A stretch of DNA of 64,000 nt from contig OZ237751.1 of assembly GCA_965178125.1 (NCBI GenBank), positions 1,054,001-1,118,000 of the forward strand, given 5' to 3'. Positions 49,130 through 62,554 of this stretch are shown in pieces. Source of the stretch: Bilabrum cf. latius. Taxonomy: Eukaryota. Made by a program: the position numbers and the translations under genes. Each line of letters opens with the position of its first letter. Position 1 is the stretch's first letter. The notes beneath the pieces are model-generated. The model was not told where the DNA came from. It did not search any database and worked only from the letters and a program-made list of their open reading frames with translations.

Positions 49130-49905
49130 TATCTAATATAAAGTCAGGGACAGGGTCGGGGAAAAAATATTTTCATCTTCAATATTTGTCGAAAAACGAC
49201 GTGCTACGATCTCGGCAACTACAGGTGATATGAAGACCGTTCAAACTGCATCGGGACGGCCTGGGGGCACAACATGGGCCAAATGTTCCCCAGGTTCCGT
49301 TCTGGCCGCGCGGCGCCGATATGGGTGTATGAAGAATTTCACACCGAAAAACGACGTGCTACGATCTCGGCAACTACAGGTGATATGAAGACCGTTCAAA
49401 CTGCATCGGGACGGCCTGGGGGCACAACATGGGCCAAATGTTCCCCAGGTTCCGTTCTGGCCGCGCGGCGCCGATATGGGTGTATGAAGAATTTCACACC
49501 GAAAAACGACGTGCTACGATCTCGGCAACTACAGGTGATATGAAGACCGTTCAAACTGCATCGGGACGGCCTGGGGGCACAACATGGGCCAAATGTTCCC
49601 CAGGTTCCGTTCTGGCCGCGCGGCGCCGATATGGGTGTATGAAGAATTTCACACCGAAAAACGACGTGCTACGATCTCGGCAACTACAGGTGATATGAAG
49701 ACCGTTCAAACTGCATCGGGACGGCCTGGGGGCACAACATGGGCCAAATGTTCCCCAGGTTCCGTTCTGACCGCGCGGCGCCGATATGGGTGTATGAAGA
49801 ATTTCACACCGAAAAACGACGTGCTACGATCTCGGCAACTACAGGTGATATGAAGACCGTTCAAACTGCATCGGGACGGCCTGGGTGCATAACATGGGCC
49901 AAATG
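49130..49905 (-). mobile_element. Element E3, copy of E1 (period 1176)
   Basis: Same variants and junction as E1 and E2. Confidence 0.65.
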
Positions 49906-50347
49906 TTAGGTAGGGTTTAGGGTTAGGGTTAGGTTAGGGTTAGGGTTAGGGTTAGGGTTAGGGTTAGGGTTAGGGTTAGGGTTAGGGTTAGGGTTAGGGT
50001 TAGGGTTAGGGTTAGGGTTAGGGTTAGGGTTAGGGTTAGGGTTAGGGTTAGGGTTAGGGTTAGGGTTAGGGTTAGGGTTAGGGTTAGGGTTAGGGTTAGG
50101 GTTAGGGTTAGGGTTAGGGTTAGGGTTAGGGTTAGGGTTAGGGTTAGGGTTAGGGTTAGGGTTAGGGTTAGGGTTAGGGTTAGGGTTAGGGTTAGGGTTA
50201 GGGTTAGGGTTAGGGTTAGGGTTAGGGTTAGGGTTAGGGTTAGGGTTAGGGTTAGGGTTAGGGTTAGGGTTAGGGTTAGGGTTAGGGTTAGGGTTAGGGT
50301 TAGGGTTAGGGTTAGGGTTAGGGTTAGGGTTAGGGTTAGGGTTAGGG

Positions 50348-51579
50348 TATCTAATATAAAGTCAGGGACAGGGTCGGGGAAAAAATATTTTCATCTTCAA
50401 TATTTGTCGAAAAACGACGTGCTACGATCTCGGCAACTACAGGTGATATGAAGACCGTTCAAACTGCATCGGGACGGCCTGGGGGCACAACATGGGCCAA
50501 ATGTTCCCCAGGTTCCGTTCTGGCCGCGCGGCGCCGATATGGGTGTATGAAGAATTTCACACCGAAAAACGACGTGCTACGATCTCGGCAACTACAGGTG
50601 ATATGAAGACCGTTCAAACTGCATCGGGACGGCCTGGGGGCACAACATGGGCCAAATGTTCCCCAGGTTCCGTTCTGGCCGCGCGGCGCCGATATGGGTG
50701 TATGAAGAATTTCACACCGAAAAACGACGTGCTACGATCTCGGCAACTACAGGTGATATGAAGACCGTTCAAACTGCATCGGGACGGCCTGGGGGCAAAA
50801 CATGGGCCAAATGTTCCCCAAAATGTTCCCCAGGTTCCGTTCTGGCCGCGCGGCGCCGATATGGGTGTATGAAGAATTTCACACCGAAAAACGACGTGCT
50901 ACGATCTCGGCAACTACAGGTGATATGAAGACCGTTCAAACTGCATCGGGACGGCCTGGGGGCAAAACATGGGCCAAATGTTCCCCAGGTTCCGTTCTGG
51001 CCGCGCGGCGCCGATATGGGTGTATGAAGAATTTCACACCGAAAAACGACGTGCTACGATCTCGGCAACTACAGGTGATATGAAGACCGTTCAAACTGCA
51101 TCGGGACGGCCTGGGGGCACAACATGGGCCAAATGTTCCCCAGGTTCCGTTCTAGCCGCGCGGCGCCGATATGGGTGTATGAAGAATTTCACACCGAAAA
51201 ACGACGTGCTACGATCTCGGCAACTACAGGTGATATGAAGACCGTTCAAACTGCATCGGGACGGCCTGGGGGCACAACATGGGCCAAATATTCCCCAGGT
51301 TCCGTTCTGGCCGCGCGGCGCCGATATGGGTGTATGAAGAATTTCACACCGAAAAACGACGTGCTACGATCTCGGCAACTACAGGTGATATGAAGACCGT
51401 TCAAACTGCATCGGGACGGCCTGGGGGCAAAACATGGGCCAAATATTCCCCAGGTTCCGTTCTGGCCGCGCGGCGCCGATATGGGTGTATGAAGAATTTC
51501 ACACCGAAAAACGACGTGCTACGATCTCGGCAACTACAGGTGATATGAAGACCGTTCAAACTGCATCGGGACGGCCTGG
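50348..51579 (-). mobile_element. Element E4 (leader + ~7.5 type-A repeats)
   Basis: Ends CCTGG|TTAGGG and has a 12-nt internal duplication near 50815. Confidence 0.65.
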
Positions 51580-51645
51580 TTAGGGTTAGGGTTAGGGTTA
51601 GGGTTAGGGTTAGGGTTAGGGTTAGGGTTAGGGTTAGGGTTAGGG

Positions 51646-51690
51646 TATCTAATATAAAGTCAGGGACAGGGTCGGGGAAAAAATATTTTC
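51646..51690 (-). mobile_element. Element E5, 45-bp leader-only stub
   Basis: Leader sequence alone between two TTAGGG tracts. Confidence 0.65.
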
Positions 51691-52003
51691 TTAGGGTTAG
51701 GGGTTAGGGTTAGGGTTAGGGTTAGGGTTAGGGTTAGGGTTAGGGTTAGGGTTAGGGTTAGGGTTAGGGTTAGGGTTAGGGTTAGGGTTAGGGTTAGGGT
51801 TAGGGTTAGGGTTAGGGTTAGGGTTAGGGTTAGGGTTAGGGTTAGGGTTAGGGTTAGGGTTAGGGTTAGGGTTAGGGTTAGGGTTAGGGTTAGGGTTAGG
51901 GTTAGGGTTAGGGTTAGGGTTAGGGTTAGGGTTAGGGTTAGGGTTAGGGTTAGGGTTAGGGTTAGGGTTAGGGTTAGGGTTAGGGTTAGGGTTAGGGTTA
52001 GGG

Positions 52004-54799
52004 TATCTAATATAAAGTCAGGGACAGGGTCGGGGAAAAAATATTTTCATCTTCAATATTTGTCGAAAAACGACGTGCTACGATCTCGGTAACTACAGGT
52101 GATATGAAGACCGTTCAAACTGCATCGGGACGGCCTGGGGGCACAACATGGGCCAAATGTTCCCCAGGTTCCGTTCTGGCCGCGCGGCGCCGATATGGGT
52201 GTATGAAGAATTTCACACCGAAAAACGACGTGCTACGATCTCGGCAACTACAGGTGATATGAAGACCGTTCAAACTGCATCGGGACGGCCTGGGGGCACA
52301 ACATGGGCCAAATGTTCCCCAGGTTCCGTTCTGGCCGCGCGGCGCCGATATGGGTGTATGAAGAATTTCACACCGAAAAACGACGTGCTACGATCTCGGC
52401 AACTACAGGTGATATGAAGACCGTTCAAACTGCATCGGGACGGCCTGGGGGCACAACATGGGCCAAATGTTCCCCAGGTTCCGTTCTGGCCGCGCGGCGC
52501 CGATATGGGTGTATGAAGAATTTCACACCGAAAAACGACGTGCTACGATCTCGGCAACTACAGGTGATATGAAGACCGTTCAAACTGCATCGGGACGGCC
52601 TGGGGGCACAACATGGGCCAAATGTTCCCCAGGTTCCGTTCTGGCCGCGCGGCGCCGATATGGGTGTATGAAGAATTTCACACCGAAAAACGACGTGCTA
52701 CGATCTCGGCAACTACAGGTGATATGAAGACCGTTCAAACTGCATCGGGACGGCCTGGGGGCACAACATGGGCCAAATGTTCCCCAGGTTCCGTTCTGGC
52801 CGCGCGGCGCCGATATGGGTGTATGAAGAATTTCACACCGAAAAACGACGTGCTACGATCTCGGCAACTACAGGTGATATGAAGACCGTTCAAACTGCAT
52901 CGGGACGGCCTGGGGGCACAACATGGGCCAAATGTTCCCCAGGTTCCGTTCTGGCCGCGCGGCGCCGATATGGGTGTATGAAGAATTTCACACCGAAAAA
53001 CGACGTGCTACGATCTCGGCAACTACAGGTGATATGAAGACCGTTCAAACTGCATCGGGACGGCCTGGGGGCACAACATGGGCCAAATGTTCCCCAGGTT
53101 CCGTTCTGGCCGCGCGGCGCCGATATGGGTGTATGAAGAATTTCACACCGAAAAACGACGTGCTACGATCTCGGCAACTACAGGTGATATGAAGACCGTT
53201 CAAACTGCATCGGGACGGCCTGGGGGCACAACATGGGCCAAATGTTCCCCAGGTTCCGTTCTGGCCGCGCGGCGCCGATATGGGTGTATGAAGAATTTCA
53301 CACCGAAAAACGACGTGCTACGATCTCGGCAACTACAGGTGATATGAAGACCGTTCAAACTGCATCGGGACGGCCTGGGAGCACAACATGGGCCAAATGT
53401 TCCCCAGGTTCCGTTCTGGCCGCGCGGCGCCGATATGGGTGTATGAAGATTTGCATGTTTATTCAATATGCATGGTTTATCTGTCAATTGTAGAATGGGT
53501 ATGGTGTACATGACAGTTGTATTTGCTGTGTGGATTGCTTTGATCTAAGGTATTAACTGGTTGACACGTCAAGACTCAACAGAATGCCTCCCGGCTCCTA
53601 ATGCTGCGTCCGAATGGGTCAATGGCAGACACTTTGGCAAACTCCTCTCACAAGCTGGCCCAGCTGCCACTGACCTCAATTGCCGTCCCCCTGCCTGCCT
53701 CTCACTCGTCACCGAAAGCTGCTAGGAGCGCTTCCACAGCGTCGACGTCTGCCGCATTGAGATCTCCTTTCGCCGTCTTCTCGAGGGCCGTCATCAGGTT
53801 TGCGAACATTTCCAACTCGCGGTCCCTCTCTTCAATTGTTGCCTCCACGTCCTCGCGCATGTCTTTGAGAGTCCGGCTGACGCCCATCGCGCTGTCATCG
53901 CAGGCAGCAAGGATGCGGTCCACCAGGTGCCGCTGCTAGTCGGTGAAGGCGGTGTCCTCCATTCCACTGTTGTTGTCAGAGTCGTCTTGCTGGTTCTGGC
54001 CGTCGTTTTCTTCTTCCTCAACCAGCTGCTCCTCATCCTCCTCGTCCTGCTGCTCAAACCCCATTGGAGCGTCGTCCTCGTCCTGCTCTCCAGCTGCGTC
54101 TGCGCGGTACCGACCACCGATGTCCTCTTCATCTTCGTCAGAGTCCTGACGAGGCAGTGATGCTGCTGCTCCACTCCTTGCGCCACTTGCTCCCCTTTTC
54201 TCCTGTTCAACGGCGCGGCGTGCTCCTCTGCCATTGCCTGGTTGGACGACTGCCGGTCGCTCGGGCTGCCTCTATGCCCGCGGCTCAGCCTCAGCCGCCT
54301 TCTTGCCCTTTGACTCTGCCGGTTGTGCACCCTTGCCCTTCGCCTTGCCCTTCGACTTGCCCTTCGACTTGCCCTTCGACTTGCCCGCGGCCTTGGTCCT
54401 GGCCTTTGCCTTGGCCTTTGCCTTGGCCTTTCTCTCGGCCTCCGCCTCTCGCTTGGCTCTGAGAAGATCGTTGTTCAGTCGCTCGGTCGATGAGTCGCTG
54501 GACTCTGAGCCGTCTGTATCCGGCTCACCCCGTGCTTTCCGGGCCGTGTAGGCCCTCTGGCCCTTCACATTGTTGTCGGGGTTGTCCTCGTCCTCATCGT
54601 CGTCGTCGTCCATGGCACTCCGTTTGCCCTTCCGAGCACGGGATGCCCCACTCGGCGAGGTAGCAGCGGCTCCCGAAGAGCCACCTTGATCTCCTGCTGC
54701 AGCCCCGGCAGAGTCCTTGACTGCCATGTCGAACACCTCTATGAATACAGCCTCCATGCCTCCGCGTGCACGTACAGAGGCCGTCCCAGCTCCATTGTT
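52004..54799 (-). mobile_element. Element E6, longest form: leader + ~9 type-A repeats + AT-rich spacer + minus-strand ORF truncated by telomere
   Basis: Repeat array to ~53448, unique sequence to ~54799, then degenerate TTTGG/TTTAGG seeds and perfect TTAGGG. Confidence 0.7.
53702..54799 (-). CDS. Element-encoded charged, low-complexity/coiled-coil protein (at least 351 aa from ATG 54757; frame open into the telomere), in-frame TAG at 54274-54272 and 53938-53936
   Basis: ORFs 54272-54757 and 53702-53923 join in frame through two TAGs to TGA. Contains KAKAK/GKSK basic repeats, acidic tracts and a helical C-terminus. Confidence 0.65.
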
Positions 54800-55166
54800 T
54801 GGTTTGGGTTTTAGGTTTGGGTTTAGGGGGTTAGGGTTAGGGTTAGGGTTAGGGTTAGGGTTAGGGTTAGGGTTAGGGTTAGGGTTAGGGTTAGGGTTAG
54901 GGTTAGGGTTAGGGTTAGGGTTAGGGTTAGGGTTAGGGTTAGGGTTAGGGTTAGGGTTAGGGTTAGGGTTAGGGTTAGGGTTAGGGTTAGGGTTAGGGTT
55001 AGGGTTAGGGTTAGGGTTAGGGTTAGGGTTAGGGTTAGGGTTAGGGTTAGGGTTAGGGTTAGGGTTAGGGTTAGGGTTAGGGTTAGGGTTAGGGTTAGGG
55101 TTAGGGTTAGGGTTAGGGTTAGGGTTAGGGTTAGGGTTAGGGTTAGGGTTAGGGTTAGGGTTAGGG

Positions 55167-56273
55167 TATCTAATATAAAGTCAGGGACAGGGTCGGGGAA
55201 AAAATATTTTCATCTTCGAATTTTGACAAAATCCTGCGGGATACGATCTCGGCAACTACAGGAGATATGAAGACCGTTCAAATTGCATTGGGACGGCCTA
55301 GGGCCACAACATGGGGCAAATGTTCCCCAGGTTCCGTTTTTGACGCGCGGCGCCAATATTGGGCCTTGAAGATTTTCATGCTGAAATCCTGCGGGATACG
55401 ATCTCGGCAACTACAGGAGATATGAAGACCGTTCAAATTGCATTGGGACGGCCTAGGGCCACAACATGGGGCAAATGTTCCCCAGGTTCCGTTTTTGACG
55501 CGCGGCGCCAATATTGGGCCTTGAAGATTTTCATGCTGAAATCCTGCGGGATACGATCTCGGCAACTACAGGAGATATGAAGACCGTTCAAATTGCATTG
55601 GGACGGCCTAGGGCCACAACATGGGGCAAATGTTCCCCAGGTTCCGTTTTTGACGCGCGGCGCCAATATTGGGCCTTGAAGATTTTCATGCTGAAATCCT
55701 GCGGGATACGATCTCGGCAACTACAGGAGATATGAAGACCGTTCAAATTGCATTGGGACGGCCTAGGGCCACAACATGGGGCAAATGTTCCCCAGGTTCC
55801 GTTTTTGACGCGCGGCGCCAATATTGGGCCTTGAAGATTTTCATGCTGAAATCCTGCGGGATACGATCTCGGCAACTACAGGAGATATGAAGACCGTTCA
55901 AATTGCATTGGGACGGCCTAGGGCCACAACATGGGGCAAATGTTCCCCAGGTTCCGTTTTTGACGCGCGGTATTGGGCCTTGAAGATTTTCATGCTGAAA
56001 TCCTGCGGGATACGATCTCGGCAACTACAGGAGATATGAAGACCGTTCAAATTGCATTGGGACGGCCTAGGGCCACAACATGGGGCAAATGTTCCCCAGG
56101 TTCCGTTTTTGACGCGCGGCGCCAATATTGGGCCTTGAAGATTTTCATGCTGAAATCCTGCGGGATACGATCTCGGCAACTACAGGAGATATGAAGACCG
56201 TTCAAATTGCATTGGGACGGCCTAGGGCCACAACATGGGGCAAATGTTCCCCAGGTTCCGTTTTTGACGCGCG
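55167..56273 (-). mobile_element. Element E7 (same leader + ~6.7 type-B 155-bp repeats)
   Basis: Diverged 155-bp unit (GATTTTCATGCTGAAATCCTGCGGGATAC). Ends GCGCG|TTAGGGTAGGGTAGGG. Confidence 0.65.
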
Positions 56274-56607
56274 TTAGGGTAGGGTAGGGTTAGGGTTAGG
56301 GTTAGGGTTAGGGTTAGGGTTAGGGTTAGGGTTAGGGTTAGGGTTAGGGTTAGGGTTAGGGTTAGGGTTAGGGTTAGGGTTAGGGTTAGGGTTAGGGTTA
56401 GGGTTAGGGTTAGGGTTAGGGTTAGGGTTAGGGTTAGGGTTAGGGTTAGGGTTAGGGTTAGGGTTAGGGTTAGGGTTAGGGTTAGGGTTAGGGTTAGGGT
56501 TAGGGTTAGGGTTAGGGTTAGGGTTAGGGTTAGGGTTAGGGTTAGGGTTAGGGTTAGGGTTAGGGTTAGGGTTAGGGTTAGGGTTAGGGTTAGGGTTAGG
56601 GTTAGGG

Positions 56608-57738
56608 TATCTAATATAAAGTCAGGGACAGGGTCGGGGAAAAAATATTTTCATCTTCGAATTTTGACAAAATCCTGCGGGATACGATCTCGGCAACTAC
56701 AGGAGATATGAAGACCGTTCAAATTGCATTGGGACGGCCTAGGGCCACAACATGGGGCAAATGTTCCCCAGGTTCCGTTTTTGACGCGCGGCGCCAATAT
56801 TGGGCCTTGAAGATTTTCATGCTGAAATCCTGCGGGATACGATCTCGGCAACTACAGGAGATATGAAGACCGTTCAAATTGCATTGGGACGGCCTAGGGC
56901 CACAACATGGGGCAAATGTTCCCCAGGTTCCGTTTTTGACGCGCGGCGCCAATATTGGGCCTTGAAGATTTTCATGCTGAAATCCTGCGGGATACGATCT
57001 CGGCAACTACAGGAGATATGAAGACCGTTCAAATTGCATTGGGACGGCCTAGGGCCACAACATGGGGCAAATGTTCCCCAGGTTCCGTTTTTGACGCAGG
57101 TTCCGTTTTTGACGCGCGGCGCCAATATTGGGCCTTGAAGATTTTCATGCTGAAATCCTGCGGGATACGATCTCGGCAACTACAGGAGATATGAAGACCG
57201 TTCAAATTGCATTGGGACGGCCTAGGGCCACAACATGGGGCAAATGTTCCCCAGGTTCCGTTTTTGACGCGCGGCGCCAATATTGGGCCTTGAAGATTTT
57301 CATGCTGAAATCCTGCGGGATACGATCTCGGCAACTACAGGAGATATGAAGACCGTTCAAATTGCATTGGGACGGCCTAGGGCCACAACATGGGGCAAAT
57401 GTTCCCCAGGTTCCGTTTTTGACGCGCGGCGCCAATATTGGGCCTTGAAGATTTTCATGCTGAAATCCTGCGGGATACGATCTCGGCAACTACAGGAGAT
57501 ATGAAGACCGTTCAAATTGCATTGGGACGGCCTAGGGCCACAACATGGGGCAAATGTTCCCCAGGTTCCGTTTTTGACGCGCGGCGCCAATATTGGGCCT
57601 TGAAGATTTTCATGCTGAAATCCTGCGGGATACGATCTCGGCAACTACAGGAGATATGAAGACCGTTCAAATTGCATTGGGACGGCCTAGGGCCACAACA
57701 TGGGGCAAATGTTCCCCAGGTTCCGTTTTTGACGCGCG
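56608..57738 (-). mobile_element. Element E8, type-B duplicate of E7
   Basis: Identical distal junction to E7, with an 18-nt internal duplication near 57090. Confidence 0.65.
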
Positions 57739-58132
57739 TTAGGGTAGGGTAGGGTTAGGGTTAGGGTTAGGGTTAGGGTTAGGGTTAGGGTTAGGGTTAG
57801 GGTTAGGGTTAGGGTTAGGGTTAGGGTTAGGGTTAGGGTTAGGGTTAGGGTTAGGGTTAGGGTTAGGGTTAGGGTTAGGGTTAGGGTTAGGGTTAGGGTT
57901 AGGGTTAGGGTTAGGGTTAGGGTTAGGGTTAGGGTTAGGGTTAGGGTTAGGGTTAGGGTTAGGGTTAGGGTTAGGGTTAGGGTTAGGGTTAGGGTTAGGG
58001 TTAGGGTTAGGGTTAGGGTTAGGGTTAGGGTTAGGGTTAGGGTTAGGGTTAGGGTTAGGGTTAGGGTTAGGGTTAGGGTTAGGGTTAGGGTTAGGGTTAG
58101 GGTTAGGGTTAGGGTTAGGGTTAGGGTTAGGG

Positions 58133-59352
58133 TATCTAATATAAAGTCAGGGACAGGGTCGGGGAAAAAATATTTTCATCTTCAATATTTGTCGAAAAAC
58201 GACGTGCTACGATCTCGGCAACTACAGGTGATATGAAGACCGTTCAAACTGCATCGGGACGGCCTGGGGGCACAACATGGGCCAAATGTTCCCCAGGTTC
58301 CGTTCTGGCCGCGCGGCGCCGATATGGGTGTATGAAGAATTTCACACCGAAAAACGACGTGCTACGATCTCGGCAACTACAGGTGATATGAAGACCGTTC
58401 AAACTGCATCGGGACGGCCTGGGGGCACAACATGGGCCAAATGTTCCCCAGGTTCCGTTCTGGCCGCGCGGCGCCGATATGGGTGTATGAAGAATTTCAC
58501 ACCGAAAAACGACGTGCTACGATCTCGGCAACTACAGGTGATATGAAGACCGTTCAAACTGCATCGGGACGGCCTGGGGGCAAAACATGGGCCAAATGTT
58601 CCCCAGGTTCCGTTCTGGCCGCGCGGCGCCGATATGGGTGTATGAAGAATTTCACACCGAAAAACGACGTGCTACGATCTCGGCAACTACAGGTGATATG
58701 AAGACCGTTCAAACTGCATCGGGACGGCCTGGGGGCAAAACATGGGCCAAATGTTCCCCAGGTTCCGTTCTGGCCGCGCGGCGCCGATATGGGTGTATGA
58801 AGAATTTCACACCGAAAAACGACGTGCTACGATCTCGGCAACTACAGGTGATATGAAGACCGTTCAAACTGCATCGGGACGGCCTGGGGGCACAACATGG
58901 GCCAAATGTTCCCCAGGTTCCGTTCTAGCCGCGCGGCGCCGATATGGGTGTATGAAGAATTTCACACCGAAAAACGACGTGCTACGATCTCGGCAACTAC
59001 AGGTGATATGAAGACCGTTCAAACTGCATCGGGACGGCCTGGGGGCACAACATGGGCCAAATATTCCCCAGGTTCCGTTCTGGCCGCGCGGCGCCGATAT
59101 GGGTGTATGAAGAATTTCACACCGAAAAACGACGTGCTACGATCTCGGCAACTACAGGTGATATGAAGACCGTTCAAACTGCATCGGGACGGCCTGGGGG
59201 CAAAACATGGGCCAAATATTCCCCAGGTTCCGTTCTGGCCGCGCGGCGCCGATATGGGTGTATGAAGAATTTCACACCGAAAAACGACGTGCTACGATCT
59301 CGGCAACTACAGGTGATATGAAGACCGTTCAAACTGCATCGGGACGGCCTGG
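58133..59352 (-). mobile_element. Element E9, counterpart of E4
   Basis: Same SNP order (GGCAAAAC, CTAGCC, AATATTCC) and same junction as E4; lacks the 12-nt duplication. Confidence 0.65.
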
Positions 59353-59418
59353 TTAGGGTTAGGGTTAGGGTTAGGGTTAGGGTTAGGGTTAGGGTTAGGG
59401 TTAGGGTTAGGGTTAGGG

Positions 59419-59463
59419 TATCTAATATAAAGTCAGGGACAGGGTCGGGGAAAAAATATTTTC
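59419..59463 (-). mobile_element. Element E10, 45-bp stub, counterpart of E5
   Basis: Offset 7773 from E5, with the same TTAGGGG variant downstream. Confidence 0.65.
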
Positions 59464-59776
59464 TTAGGGTTAGGGGTTAGGGTTAGGGTTAGGGTTAGGG
59501 TTAGGGTTAGGGTTAGGGTTAGGGTTAGGGTTAGGGTTAGGGTTAGGGTTAGGGTTAGGGTTAGGGTTAGGGTTAGGGTTAGGGTTAGGGTTAGGGTTAG
59601 GGTTAGGGTTAGGGTTAGGGTTAGGGTTAGGGTTAGGGTTAGGGTTAGGGTTAGGGTTAGGGTTAGGGTTAGGGTTAGGGTTAGGGTTAGGGTTAGGGTT
59701 AGGGTTAGGGTTAGGGTTAGGGTTAGGGTTAGGGTTAGGGTTAGGGTTAGGGTTAGGGTTAGGGTTAGGGTTAGGG

Positions 59777-62554
59777 TATCTAATATAAAGTCAGGGACAG
59801 GGTCGGGGAAAAAATATTTTCATCTTCAATATTTGTCGAAAAACGACGTGCTACGATCTCGGTAACTACAGGTGATATGAAGACCGTTCAAACTGCATCG
59901 GGACGGCCTGGGGGCACAACATGGGCCAAATGTTCCCCAGGTTCCGTTCTGGCCGCGCGGCGCCGATATGGGTGTATGAAGAATTTCACACCGAAAAACG
60001 ACGTGCTACGATCTCGGCAACTACAGGTGATATGAAGACCGTTCAAACTGCATCGGGACGGCCTGGGGGCACAACATGGGCCAAATGTTCCCCAGGTTCC
60101 GTTCTGGCCGCGCGGCGCCGATATGGGTGTATGAAGAATTTCACACCGAAAAACGACGTGCTACGATCTCGGCAACTACAGGTGATATGAAGACCGTTCA
60201 AACTGCATCGGGACGGCCTGGGGGCACAACATGGGCCAAATGTTCCCCAGGTTCCGTTCTGGCCGCGCGGCGCCGATATGGGTGTATGAAGAATTTCACA
60301 CCGAAAAACGACGTGCTACGATCTCGGCAACTACAGGTGATATGAAGACCGTTCAAACTGCATCGGGACGGCCTGGGGGCACAACATGGGCCAAATGTTC
60401 CCCAGGTTCCGTTCTGGCCGCGCGGCGCCGATATGGGTGTATGAAGAATTTCACACCGAAAAACGACGTGCTACGATCTCGGCAACTACAGGTGATATGA
60501 AGACCGTTCAAACTGCATCGGGACGGCCTGGGGGCACAACATGGGCCAAATGTTCCCCAGGTTCCGTTCTGGCCGCGCGGCGCCGATATGGGTGTATGAA
60601 GAATTTCACACCGAAAAACGACGTGCTACGATCTCGGCAACTACAGGTGATATGAAGACCGTTCAAACTGCATCGGGACGGCCTGGGGGCACAACATGGG
60701 CCAAATGTTCCCCAGGTTCCGTTCTGGCCGCGCGGCGCCGATATGGGTGTATGAAGAATTTCACACCGAAAAACGACGTGCTACGATCTCGGCAACTACA
60801 GGTGATATGAAGACCGTTCAAACTGCATCGGGACGGCCTGGGGGCACAACATGGGCCAAATGTTCCCCAGGTTCCGTTCTGGCCGCGCGGCGCCGATATG
60901 GGTGTATGAAGAATTTCACACCGAAAAACGACGTGCTACGATCTCGGCAACTACAGGTGATATGAAGACCGTTCAAACTGCATCGGGACGGCCTGGGGGC
61001 ACAACATGGGCCAAATGTTCCCCAGGTTCCGTTCTGGCCGCGCGGCGCCGATATGGGTGTATGAAGAATTTCACACCGAAAAACGACGTGCTACGATCTC
61101 GGCAACTACAGGTGATATGAAGACCGTTCAAACTGCATCGGGACGGCCTGGGAGCACAACATGGGCCAAATGTTCCCCAGGTTCCGTTCTGGCCGCGCGG
61201 CGCCGATATGGGTGTATGAAGATTTGCATGTTTATTCAATATGCATGGTTTATCTGTCAATTGTAGAATGGGTATGGTGTACATGACAGTTGTATTTGCT
61301 GTGTGGATTGCTTTGATCTAAGGTATTAACTGGTTGACACGTCAAGACTCAACAGAATGCCTCCCGGCTCCTAATGCTGCGTCCGAATGGGTCAATGGCA
61401 GACACTTTGGCAAACTCCTCTCACAAGCTGGCCCAGCTGCCACTGACCTCAATTGCCGTCCCCCTGCCTGCCTCTCACTCGTCACCGAAAGCTGCTAGGA
61501 GCGCTTCCACAGCGTCGACGTCTGCCGCATTGAGATCTCCTTTCGCCGTCTTCTCGAGGGCCGTCATCAGGTTTGCGAACATTTCCAACTCGCGGTCCCT
61601 CTCTTCAATTGTTGCCTCCACGTCCTCGCGCATGTCTTTGAGAGTCCGGCTGACGCCCATCGCGCTGTCATCGCAGGCAGCAAGGATGCGGTCCACCAGG
61701 TGCCGCTGCTAGTCGGTGAAGGCGGTGTCCTCCATTCCACTGTTGTTGTCAGAGTCGTCTTGCTGGTTCTGGCCGTCGTTTTCTTCTTCCTCAACCAGCT
61801 GCTCCTCATCCTCCTCGTCCTGCTGCTCAAACCCCATTGGAGCGTCGTCCTCGTCCTGCTCTCCAGCTGCGTCTGCGCGGTACCGACCACCGATGTCCTC
61901 TTCATCTTCGTCAGAGTCCTGACGAGGCAGTGATGCTGCTGCTCCACTCCTTGCGCCACTTGCTCCCCTTTTCTCCTGTTCAACGGCGCGGCGTGCTCCT
62001 CTGCCATTGCCTGGTTGGACGACTGCCGGTCGCTCGGGCTGCCTCTCAGCCGCCTTCTTGCCCTTTGACTCTGCCGGTTGTGCACCCTTGCCCTTCGCCT
62101 TGCCCTTCGACTTGCCCTTCGACTTGCCCTTCGACTTGCCCGCGGCCTTGGTCCTGGCCTTTGCCTTGGCCTTTGCCTTGGCCTTTCTCTCGGCCTCCGC
62201 CTCTCGCTTGGCTCTGAGAAGATCGTTGTTCAGTCGCTCGGTCGATGAGTCGCTGGACTCTGAGCCGTCTGTATCCGGCTCACCCCGTGCTTTCCGGGCC
62301 GTGTAGGCCCTCTGGCCCTTCACATTGTTGTCGGGGTTGTCCTCGTCCTCATCGTCGTCGTCGTCCATGGCACTCCGTTTGCCCTTCCGAGCACGGGATG
62401 CCCCACTCGGCGAGGTAGCAGCGGCTCCCGAAGAGCCACCTTGATCTCCTGCTGCAGCCCCGGCAGAGTCCTTGACTGCCATGTCGAACACCTCTATGAA
62501 TACAGCCTCCATGCCTCCGCGTGCACGTACAGAGGCCGTCCCAGCTCCATTGTT
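59777..62554 (-). mobile_element. Element E11, counterpart of E6
   Basis: Offset 7773 from E6, same CGGTAACT variant in the first repeat and same degenerate junction. Confidence 0.7.
61475..62554 (-). CDS. Second copy of the element ORF, 18 nt shorter in frame, TAG at 61711-61709
   Basis: ORFs 61709-62512 and 61475-61696 are in frame across TAG. Stop is TGA. Confidence 0.65.

Noticed and set aside
46840-53450. Hammerhead ribozyme in the 155-bp repeat
   Set aside because: No CUGANGA core found by eye on either strand. Other ribozyme classes were not tested.
54717-55178. Poly-(GL) ORFs here and at 62472-62939
   Set aside because: Translation of TTAGGG repeats.
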